Positions 29,447 to 36,964 of a stretch of 54,809 nucleotides of DNA are shown here, piece by piece (position 1 is the stretch's first letter; every line of letters begins with the position of its first letter). Location of the stretch: NCBI GenBank assembly GCA_964401615.1, contig CAYNZF010000001.1, positions 1 through 54,809 of the forward strand, written 5' to 3'. The notes beneath the pieces were generated by a model, which had not been told where the DNA came from, made no database searches, and saw nothing but the letters and a program-made list of their open reading frames with translations. This DNA is from an uncultured Oscillospiraceae bacterium (GTDB lineage Bacteria > Bacillota > Clostridia > Saccharofermentanales > Fastidiosipilaceae). A program made the position numbers and the translations under genes.

Positions 29447-29501
29447 AAAAAATTCCTGCTTTCTCAGATTGCTCTAATGTTTTAAGCTCAAACGAGCTTT
29501 G

Positions 29502-29531
29502 TTTTTAACAAAAGTAATTGTTTGATGTCAA
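29502..29531 (-). promoter_or_regulatory. candidate promoter of the dehydrogenase operon
   Basis: Minus strand: TTGACA (29531-29526), 18-nt spacer, TAAAAA (29507-29502). The -35 overlaps a TTTGAT motif. Confidence 0.35.
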
Positions 29532-29677
29532 TTTGTGTTTATTTTAACATTGACTCGCACAATAAGAAATGTAAATATTTTCCCGCCGTCGATTCATTTT
29601 TATTTTGCCTGATTTAATTTGATAAATTAACACAAAAGCCCTGCTCATGGGCTTCTTGAACTTATTTTACATGACAG

Positions 29678-29706
29678 TTTGATTGTATCAAAGCTTGTGT
29701 TATGAT
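29678..29706 (+). promoter_or_regulatory. candidate deoR-family gene promoter overlapped by a palindromic operator
   Basis: Palindrome TTTGATtgtATCAAA (29678-29692). TTGATT (29679-29684), 16-nt spacer, TATGAT (29701-29706), with TG at 29698-29699. Confidence 0.45.
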
Positions 29707-29836
29707 GCTGAAAAGACAACAGCAGTCCAAGTTAACACGAATTTACTCTGTAATTTTCACATTGAATATTTGATTTTTTTTATAAATTTTTCAGATCCCG
29801 GTGCCGGCCCGAACCCGAGCAGCTAAGGAGCAGCGG

Positions 29837-30595
29837 ATGATACAGGAAAGGCAAAACAGAATACTCAGCTACATCATGGAAAAAGGTGACGTTTCATTAA
29901 ACGAATTATTTGACCTTTACCCCGATGTTTCCAGCATGACGATTAGACGTGATTTGGACCTGCTTGAAAAGAATGCCCATATACAACGGTATCGCGGCGG
30001 AGCCAGACCTCTTTCCAGCCAGGCAATGATCAAGGAGCCCGCCTATATACAGCGTGCCGCAGAACGTGCCCAAAGTAAGCAGATCATCGCGGACAAGGCT
30101 ACTTTGATCGCGAATGAGGCCAGGTCGATCTACATTGATTCCGGCACGACTTGCGTGCAGCTTGCCTCCAACCTGCCCGACAATAATATCTTTGTGCTCA
30201 CACCGGCCCCTTATGTCGCCATCGCCCTGGCCAACAATCATAATGTGCGCGTCAACTTGACCGGCGGACAGCTGAATCGAGACACTTTTGCCCTATCCGG
30301 AAACAACGCTAAATCTTATACCAAAACCATCAATATCGATATCGCTTTCATTGGAGCTTCGGCTTGCTCGCTTAAGAACGGCTTCACCTGCGGGGATTAT
30401 CAAGAGGCGGAACTTAAAAAACTGATCATTCGAAAAGCCCAAAAAGTGGTGTGTTTGATGGATGTCAGTAAACTGAATTATTCGATGCCGTACACTTTTG
30501 CCACGGCTAAAAACATTGATGTTCTGATTACGGATAAACCGCTCCCTGAATCTTATTATCGTATGATGAAGAAGGCGAAAGTGCAGCTGATTTAA
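29837..30595 (+). CDS. DeoR/GlpR family transcriptional regulator
   Basis: N-terminal HTH (RQNRILSYIMEKGDVSLNELFDLYPDVSSMTIRRDLDLLE) plus a C-terminal sugar-phosphate sensor domain. AAGGAG lies 6 nt before ATG 29837. Confidence 0.9.
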   Translation: MIQERQNRILSYIMEKGDVSLNELFDLYPDVSSMTIRRDLDLLEKNAHIQRYRGGARPLSSQAMIKEPAYIQRAAERAQSKQIIADKATLIANEARSIYIDSGTTCVQLASNLPDNNIFVLTPAPYVAIALANNHNVRVNLTGGQLNRDTFALSGNNAKSYTKTINIDIAFIGASACSLKNGFTCGDYQEAELKKLIIRKAQKVVCLMDVSKLNYSMPYTFATAKNIDVLITDKPLPESYYRMMKKAKVQLI

Positions 30596-30634
30596 GAAAA
30601 TGATGGCAAAACGAAAGCTTGAGGGTTGATCGAT

Positions 30635-31330
30635 ATGGGAAATGAACAACTGGCGCAAAGCGTGCAGGCTGAGTTATTTTCGCTTCAAGATATTAAGTAC
30701 AAAGCCTTTATTGAAAAATTGGTACCGAATCTCGACCGGGAGGTTTTTATAGGGGTGCGGACCCCGGCGCTGCGCGCGTATGCCAAGGCTTTTGCTGAAG
30801 ATGCTGCGGCCGAAATTTTTTTAGAACTTTTGCCACATCGATACTTTGAAGAAAATCAGCTGCACGGTTTTCTCGTCGCAGGTATAAAAGATTTTTCGAC
30901 CGCTTTGAAATACGTCGAAGCCTTTCTTCCGTACATCGACAATTGGGCGACATGTGATCAGAGCCCGCCTCGGGTTTTTAAGAAGCACAGCGCGGAAATC
31001 TATGAACGAATAAAAATTTGGATTCAGTCCGAACACCCCTACACCGTTCGTTATGCTGTGGGACTGCTGATGAGCAATTATTTAGATCAAGATTGTCAAG
31101 CGGAAATGTTGGCGCGTGTGGCCAAAATCCAACACGATGATTATTACGTGAAAATGATGGCCGCCTGGTATTTTTGTACCGCGTTGATTAAGCAGCACGA
31201 CGCTGCCCTGCCCTATCTTCAAGAGCAGAGGCTGGGAAAGTGGACGCACAACAAGACGATTCAAAAAGCCATAGAGAGTTTTCAAGTCAGTGATGAGACA
31301 AAAGCATACCTGCGCACACTCAAGCTTTGA
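30635..31330 (+). CDS. DNA alkylation repair protein (AlkD-like HEAT-repeat fold)
   Basis: 231 aa, with WATCDQ and the helical repeat pattern typical of the DNA_alkylation family. GAGGG lies 9 nt before ATG 30635. Confidence 0.7.
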   Translation: MGNEQLAQSVQAELFSLQDIKYKAFIEKLVPNLDREVFIGVRTPALRAYAKAFAEDAAAEIFLELLPHRYFEENQLHGFLVAGIKDFSTALKYVEAFLPYIDNWATCDQSPPRVFKKHSAEIYERIKIWIQSEHPYTVRYAVGLLMSNYLDQDCQAEMLARVAKIQHDDYYVKMMAAWYFCTALIKQHDAALPYLQEQRLGKWTHNKTIQKAIESFQVSDETKAYLRTLKL

Positions 31331-31390
31331 ATACCGGTGTATAGGCCAATACCGTGCCTGTGCATGTTTGTGCTGCTGAACTGATTCCTG

Positions 31391-31591
31391 TTATTCATCC
31401 AGGTCTGCAGGCCAGATCTTCTTCATCGCCGTAATGATGCCGAAGAAGAGCGCCAAAACCAAAAACACCGCACTCACACCGTAGCCCATGACTTGCAGCG
31501 CTTGTAAAATCAGACTGTCTGTTCCGAAAAATGTTTCAAAATATTCAGGCGGATGGACTAAGTTCAAGTTGACGAAATTCAAATAATTCAT
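31391..31591 (-). CDS. OadG-like small membrane subunit of Na+-translocating decarboxylase
   Basis: 66 aa with a single TM (VSAVFLVLALFFGIITAM), immediately downstream of the beta subunit. Confidence 0.55.
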   Translation of the reverse strand: MNYLNFVNLNLVHPPEYFETFFGTDSLILQALQVMGYGVSAVFLVLALFFGIITAMKKIWPADLDE

Positions 31592-31601
31592 CTTTTACCT
31601 C

Positions 31602-32717
31602 TTAACTCAGAACCGCGAGCACAATCGCTCCGGCGATGATTGAACCGATTTGACCTGCCACATTCGCACCGATTGCAGGCATTAAAATAAAATTGGTCGG
31701 ATCTTCTTCCTGAGCCACTTTTTGAGCTACTCGCGCAGACATCGGGAAGGCTGAAATACCGCAGGCTCCAACGATGGGGTTGATTTTTTTCTTCAAGAAC
31801 AAATTGACGAACTTGGCGAACAAGACCCCGCCGGCGGTGTCAAAAACGAAGGCCAGAAGGCCGATCCCCATGATGATCATTGTGTTGACTTGCACGAAAT
31901 CTTTGGCTGTCATCGTAGAGCCGATCGTGATACCCAGAAGCAGCGTGACGAGGCTGGAAAGTTCATTCTGGGCAGCCAGCGACAGACGTTCAAGCACGCC
32001 ACATTCCCGAACCAGATTACCAAACATAAGCCCACCGATTAGAGGCACTGATACAGGTGCAATAAAACCGGCGATCAGTGTCACGACGATTGGAAACAGG
32101 ATTTTTACGGTTTTAGAGACTTGTGCATCAAAGTCTTGATCCATGCGGATACGGCGCTCTGCTTTGGTGGTAAGTGCTCGGATCACAGGTGGTTGAATGA
32201 TGGGGACCAGTGACATGTAGGAATAGGCCGCCACCGCGATCGCTCCGAAATATTTAGGGGCGAACAGTTGTCCCAGAAAAAGCGAGGTCGGGCCGTCCGC
32301 TGCTCCGATGATGCCGATTGCACCGGCCTCCTGAATGGTGAAGACCCCTGTCGCGGCGGCCAGCAGCATGGCCACAAAGATGCCCAACTGCGCGGCAGCT
32401 CCGAAAAACAACATGATCGGTTGTTTGAAAAGCGGGCCGAAATCAATCATTGCACCCACACCGATAAAGATCAAAATCGGAAAAAGCTCGTTCGCAATCC
32501 CGAAGTCATATAAAACAGTTAAAAAACCATGCTCACCTATTGCATACGAACCCGGAATGTTGGTCATGATCGCGCCAAAGCCCATTGGCAGCAGCAGCAT
32601 TGGCTCATAGTTTTTCTTGATTGCCAACCAAATCAACAGCAAACCGATCAACAGCATTACTCCGTGCTGCCACGTAAAGCCGGTAAAGCCAACTGTCAGG
32701 CGTTCCAAAATCTGCAT
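31602..32717 (-). CDS. sodium-ion-translocating decarboxylase beta subunit (OadB/GcdB/MmdB family)
   Basis: 371 aa, polytopic, with the Gly-rich conserved blocks (GAADGPT, GANVAGQIGS) typical of this family. Confidence 0.8.
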   Translation of the reverse strand: MQILERLTVGFTGFTWQHGVMLLIGLLLIWLAIKKNYEPMLLLPMGFGAIMTNIPGSYAIGEHGFLTVLYDFGIANELFPILIFIGVGAMIDFGPLFKQPIMLFFGAAAQLGIFVAMLLAAATGVFTIQEAGAIGIIGAADGPTSLFLGQLFAPKYFGAIAVAAYSYMSLVPIIQPPVIRALTTKAERRIRMDQDFDAQVSKTVKILFPIVVTLIAGFIAPVSVPLIGGLMFGNLVRECGVLERLSLAAQNELSSLVTLLLGITIGSTMTAKDFVQVNTMIIMGIGLLAFVFDTAGGVLFAKFVNLFLKKKINPIVGACGISAFPMSARVAQKVAQEEDPTNFILMPAIGANVAGQIGSIIAGAIVLAVLS

Positions 32718-32850
32718 CTACTGACCTCCAAAACCAAAACACTTGTAAAATTCCGTGATTGCCGGCGCTTGCTATTGCTTCATATCTCCAAGATTATAGC
32801 GCATTTTTTCCAGCTCAAAGCTATAATAGAAAAAAACGGAGGTCCCATCC

Positions 32851-33135
32851 ATGGAGGAATTATTGATCAAGAAAGCACAAGGCATGTTTTATATTGGTGA
32901 AAAAGAGCAGCCACTTGCCTACATAAGTTATAAAAATCTCAGAGAGGGTGTCATATTGGCCGACCACACTGTCGTCGATCCTTCGCTGGAAGGAAAGGGA
33001 ATCGGATCAAGACTATTCGAAACACTGATTGATTTTGCCAAAGAGGAGCAGGTGAAAATCATTCCTCAATGTTCATTCGTAAAAGCTAAGTTCGATCGGA
33101 ATCCCGAACTTGCTGATTTGCGCGCTGAGGCATAA
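32851..33135 (+). CDS. small GNAT-like N-acetyltransferase (YjdJ type)
   Basis: 94 aa. The HTVVDPSLEGKGIGSRL acetyl-CoA-binding-type motif and C-terminal CSF pattern match the Acetyltransf_CG family. Confidence 0.7.
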   Translation: MEELLIKKAQGMFYIGEKEQPLAYISYKNLREGVILADHTVVDPSLEGKGIGSRLFETLIDFAKEEQVKIIPQCSFVKAKFDRNPELADLRAEA

Positions 33136-33260
33136 ATGTCGTGAGGCCCAGCTGCGGGCTTTTCAAACGTATTTAAACTTGTGTCATAGGCATTTGGCAC
33201 ATCAGATCCTCTTTACCTCGACACACTGACAAAGTCACACTTTCGTATCGACTATAATAT

Positions 33261-33289
33261 TTGCGGGAACGGTATTTTCGTGATAAAAT
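33261..33289 (+). promoter_or_regulatory. candidate promoter of tRNA-Pro
   Basis: TTGCGG (33261-33266), 17-nt spacer, TAAAAT (33284-33289), with TG at 33281-33282 (extended -10). The tRNA starts 14 nt downstream. Confidence 0.5.
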
Positions 33290-33302
33290 CGCTCAAGTAA
33301 AA

Positions 33303-33379
33303 CGAGGTGTAGCGCAGTTGGCTAGCGCGCCTGCTTTGGGAGCAGGATGTCGGGGGTTCGAGTCCCTTCACCTCGACCA
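33303..33379 (+). tRNA. tRNA-Pro (anticodon UGG), encoded CCA
   Basis: Hand-folded cloverleaf. Acceptor CGAGGTG/CACCTCG, D arm GCGC-AGTTGGCTA-GCGC, anticodon arm CCTGC-TTTGGGA-GCAGG, T arm GGGGG-TTCGAGT-CCCTT, discriminator A, then CCA. Confidence 0.9.
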
Positions 33380-33387
33380 GTTATGAG

Positions 33388-33411
33388 GAGTTCCGCAAGG
33401 AACTCTTTTTG
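33388..33411 (+). terminator. intrinsic terminator after tRNA-Pro
   Basis: GAGTTCC-gcaa-GGAACTC followed by TTTTT. Confidence 0.75.
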
Positions 33412-33445
33412 TTTGTGTGAAATGCCTGTTTATTCACACAATGAC

Positions 33446-33487
33446 AAAAAGACGACTGACCTCTATTTTCGGTCAGTCGTCTTTTTT
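33446..33487. terminator. bidirectional terminator (also ends the minus-strand ABC importer operon)
   Basis: GACGACTGACC (33451-33461) pairs with GGTCAGTCGTC (33471-33481). Flanked by an A-run upstream and TTTTTT downstream. Confidence 0.8.
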
Positions 33488-33517
33488 ATCGACAAAGTTC
33501 ACTTTTTATCAATATAC

Positions 33518-34312
33518 TTACGACAAGAGTGCTCGGTCGTTTGAAAATTCTTCACCGCTGGCCTTGCCAAAGCGCTGCAAAAGCTCTTCTACCGTGAGTT
33601 TTTGTTTTTCCTCACCCCGGATATCCAGGATGACACGTCCGTCATACATCATAATTAAGCGGTTGCCGTGCTTTATGGCGTCACGCATATTATGGGTCAC
33701 CATGAGCGCGGTCAGGCTGCCCTCAAGGATAAATTTATCGCTTAATTCAAGCACCTTGGCCGCCGTTTTGGGGTCAAGTGCTGCGGTATGTTCATCGAGC
33801 AGCAGCAGCTTGGGCTTTTTCAGTGTTGCCATCAGCAGCGTCAGCGCCTGCCGCTGACCGCCCGAAAGCAGCCCTACCTTGGCACTCAGGCGATTTTCCA
33901 GCCCCAAATCGAGTGGGTACAGCAATTCTTTATATAGTTCTCTCTCTTTATGAGTGATCCCCCATCTCAAACCGCGACGGTGTCCCCGACGGAAAGCCAG
34001 AGCTAAGTTTTCTTCTATTCCCATTTTGCCCGCTGTCCCGACCATCGGATCTTGAAAAACACGGCCCAAGACGCCTGCGCGCTTATTTTCTGAAAATTTT
34101 GTCACATCCATCTCATCGATAACGATCGATCCCTCGTCGACGGCATGCACCCCGGCGATACAATTCAGCAGCGTTGATTTGCCCGAGCCGTTGCCGCCGA
34201 TCAACGTGACAAAATCACCTGAATTTAGGGTAAGGCTCAAATTGCGCAGTGCTGTTTTCTCATTTACCGTCCCTTTATAAAAGGTTTTCGATATTCCGCT
34301 GACTGTCAGCAT
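33518..34312 (-). CDS. ABC transporter ATP-binding protein
   Basis: Walker A GGNGSGKST, signature LSGGQRQ, Walker B LLLLDEHTAALD. Confidence 0.9.
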   Translation of the reverse strand: MLTVSGISKTFYKGTVNEKTALRNLSLTLNSGDFVTLIGGNGSGKSTLLNCIAGVHAVDEGSIVIDEMDVTKFSENKRAGVLGRVFQDPMVGTAGKMGIEENLALAFRRGHRRGLRWGITHKERELYKELLYPLDLGLENRLSAKVGLLSGGQRQALTLLMATLKKPKLLLLDEHTAALDPKTAAKVLELSDKFILEGSLTALMVTHNMRDAIKHGNRLIMMYDGRVILDIRGEEKQKLTVEELLQRFGKASGEEFSNDRALLS

Positions 34313-35241
34313 TAGCCTTCCCCTCCCTTTTTTGCTTTTTTCATCGGCAGCATCCCCGTTTTAAACACCGGCAGCGCCAGCGCGGCAGCGACGGTAATGG
34401 CGGTAAACAGTTTAAGATCGTTGGCCGGCATTCCCATTTCAAGAACGAGCGCGATGATTACCCGATAGGTAATTGCTCCGAACACCAGCGAAAGCAAACG
34501 AACGAAAAAGTTCTTTTTCCCAAACAGCACCTCGCCGATGATCAGCGACGCTAAACCGATCACGATCGATCCAATTCCCATCTGGACATCCGCAAAACTT
34601 TGCTGTTGTGCTATCAGCGCACCGCTGACTGCCACAAGGCCATTACTGATAAGAAGACCCAAAAGAATCATGTGATCGGTATTAATTCCCTGCGCCCTCG
34701 CCATCTGCGGGTTATTGCCCGTTGCGCGCACCGCACAGCCGACCTCGGTGCCGAAAAACCAGTACAAAATTCCCAGAATTCCAAACACACTCAAAAGACC
34801 CAAAACAATGACCGGCACCATTCGGCCAATACCCAGCTGTTCAAACAGCGGCAGCCCACCGAGCCCCGTTTTTTGAATTACGGTGTAGACCGTATCAAGG
34901 CGCAGCAGCGAAAGATTGGCCTTACCCAAAATTCGCAGATTGACCGAATAGAGCGCAATCATCGTTAAAATACCCGACAACAAGGCGGGGATTTTAAGCC
35001 TCGTGTGTAAAATTCCGGTACAAAGGCCGGCCGCCATACCGCCCAACATAGCGAGGAACGTAGCCGCATAAGGGTTGATGCCGTTGTAAATCGCCTGTGC
35101 AGCGATGGCAGCACCCATGGCTATGCTCCCCTCAACCGTTAAATCAGCAATGTTTAAAATACGGTAGGTAATGTAGACACCGATGGTCATCACGGCCCAC
35201 AAAAGGCCAAGCGTGACGGCTCCTAAAAGAATTTGCAGCAT
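34312..35241 (-). CDS. ABC transporter permease
   Basis: 309 aa, about 9 TM helices. Its stop overlaps the ATPase start (ATGA). Confidence 0.85.
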   Translation of the reverse strand: MLQILLGAVTLGLLWAVMTIGVYITYRILNIADLTVEGSIAMGAAIAAQAIYNGINPYAATFLAMLGGMAAGLCTGILHTRLKIPALLSGILTMIALYSVNLRILGKANLSLLRLDTVYTVIQKTGLGGLPLFEQLGIGRMVPVIVLGLLSVFGILGILYWFFGTEVGCAVRATGNNPQMARAQGINTDHMILLGLLISNGLVAVSGALIAQQQSFADVQMGIGSIVIGLASLIIGEVLFGKKNFFVRLLSLVFGAITYRVIIALVLEMGMPANDLKLFTAITVAAALALPVFKTGMLPMKKAKKGGEG

Positions 35242-35270
35242 GATATCACTCGTTTCTGTTTAATGCATAT

Positions 35271-36254
35271 TTACTTTGCCGGAATTACATATTTTTGCAG
35301 ATCGGCAGGGATTTCGATTCCGATTTCGGCGGCGACTGCGCCGTTGATGGCAAAATCAAAGCCTTTAGCCGACTCGATCGGCATGGTTGACGTCTTTGCT
35401 TCACCCTTGAAAATTTTCACAGCCATCAGTCCGGTCTGGTAGCCTAAATCGTAATAGTTTATGCCCAAGGTAGCGAGACCGCCGGTGTTGACCATGCCCG
35501 ATTCGCCGCAGATGACCGGTGTTTTCGACTGCGAAGTTACCCCATGCACCACCGGCATGGCCGAAGCAAAGATATTGTCAGTGGGTATGTAGATTGCATC
35601 GCACTGCCCGACAATCGATTGGGTCGCCTGCTGCACTTCATTCGAATTGGATACGGTCACTTCAACATATTCAAGGCCTGATTTTTCAATGGCATCTTTC
35701 GCTATCTGCGCCTGCAGAATCGAATTATCTTCACTCGAAGTATAGAGTACACCGACTGTTTTTGCATTCGGAACCAGTTTTACAAGCAGGTCGATCTGCT
35801 CTTTAATTGGGTTCATGTCGGTCGTACCGCTTACATTCCCCCCGGGAGCCTCGTTCGAATCGACAAGGCGCGCCACCTCGTAATCAGTAATCGCCGTACC
35901 CAAAATCGGGATATCTGTTGTTTTGCCTGCGATGTTCTGTGCTGCGGGCGTTGCAATCGCAAGAACGAGATCGACTTTATTGCTTACAAAGCGGTCGCTG
36001 ATGGTTGATACATTGGCCGCATCGCCCTGTGCATTCTGATAGTCAATCGTAATTTCTGCGCCGTCGTTATAGCCGTTGTCTTTCAAAGCGGCGATAAAGC
36101 CATCTTTAGAAGCATCAAGCGCGACATGGTCAACATACTGCAGAACACCAATACTCAATTTTTCCGTTTTTGGCGCTGCCTGCGCACAAGCTGCAACGCT
36201 GAGCAAGAGGGCGGCCGTGAGAACCAGGGTTAACACTTTTGCATACTTTTTCAT
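35271..36254 (-). CDS. ABC transporter substrate-binding lipoprotein (PF04392 / TrpX-like family)
   Basis: Lipobox LLLSVAAC. Sequence pattern GVLQYVDHVALD...PILGTAITDY is typical of the ABC_sub_bind family. Confidence 0.8.
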   Translation of the reverse strand: MKKYAKVLTLVLTAALLLSVAACAQAAPKTEKLSIGVLQYVDHVALDASKDGFIAALKDNGYNDGAEITIDYQNAQGDAANVSTISDRFVSNKVDLVLAIATPAAQNIAGKTTDIPILGTAITDYEVARLVDSNEAPGGNVSGTTDMNPIKEQIDLLVKLVPNAKTVGVLYTSSEDNSILQAQIAKDAIEKSGLEYVEVTVSNSNEVQQATQSIVGQCDAIYIPTDNIFASAMPVVHGVTSQSKTPVICGESGMVNTGGLATLGINYYDLGYQTGLMAVKIFKGEAKTSTMPIESAKGFDFAINGAVAAEIGIEIPADLQKYVIPAK

Positions 36255-36315
36255 ACATTTTTCCTCATAATAATTATATTCACTAAAACCGTTACCGGTT
36301 CAATGTTTTTTAGCA

Positions 36316-36585
36316 ATAAAAAACGCCCCTGTATTAATAACAGGGGCGAATGTTCATTCGCGGTACCACCTTGTCTTCGTTGTAAAATAATACAACCTTA
36401 GCGAGCAACGACTGCTGCCCCTCCACATTAACGGTTGGACTCCGGCAGAACCTACAGGGCACTCGCCTTTCAGTTCGCAGCTCTCAAGAGGAATTCGCAG
36501 TGTGTCTCATCCTGCTTTCTCGCACCAACCGAAAGCTCTCTGTAATGAAGTGACCGCACTGGTACTGGTTCCTTGTCATCGCTTT
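36316..36585 (-). promoter_or_regulatory. T-box riboswitch leader controlling the ABC importer operon, apparent specifier UUC (Phe)
   Basis: Minus strand: stem I start AGCGATGA, AGTA loop, AGAGAG bay and GGTGCGAGA distal motif, and specifier loop C-GAA-UUC-C. The T-box sequence AAGGTGGTACCGCG lies at 36372-36359. The terminator GCCCCTGT-n-ACAGGGGC is followed by TTTTTT at 36347-36316. Confidence 0.85.
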
Positions 36586-36657
36586 TAATTCTTATTTTAT
36601 ACGATTTTGTTGTATAAACGAACATTTGTCAATTGTTTTTTACCGTTTTTGTGAGAG

Positions 36658-36705
36658 ATCAGCGATTATGTCACCCCCTAAGTAATCAGCGATTATGTCA
36701 CCCCC
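36658..36705. repeat. tandem direct repeat, 2 x 21 bp (ATCAGCGATTATGTCACCCCC), period 27 bp
   Basis: Identical copies at 36658-36678 and 36685-36705. Degenerate copy ATTATGGTCAC near 36839. Inverted partial copy GGGGACATAAT at 36881-36891. Confidence 0.85.
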
Positions 36706-36964
36706 CCGTGTTATTACTATTACATGTGTGAAATAAGTGATTCTGATGCGAGGACTATTTTTGGATTAGGGAGTTCTCTCGTACTTGTTTACGGGAGGTG
36801 AAATATTCACTGGTCGTTAACAAGCCCCCTTTGATCGAATTATGGTCACGGCAGCAGCGAGCAGGATTTCGGACAGGGCTGGGGACATAATTGAAGGGTA
36901 AAAACCGCTTTGAAAGGCATCACAGATCACGTCTGCAGAATGATTGAAAAACCTTGCATGTACT

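Noticed and set aside
33303-33500. tRNA-Pro as an integration hotspot or genomic island border
   Set aside because: There is no integrase, no direct repeat of the tRNA 3' end, and no phage or mobile genes on either side.
36658-36705. CRISPR array
   Set aside because: There are only two 21-bp repeats with a 6-bp spacer, and no cas genes or further repeats anywhere in the window.
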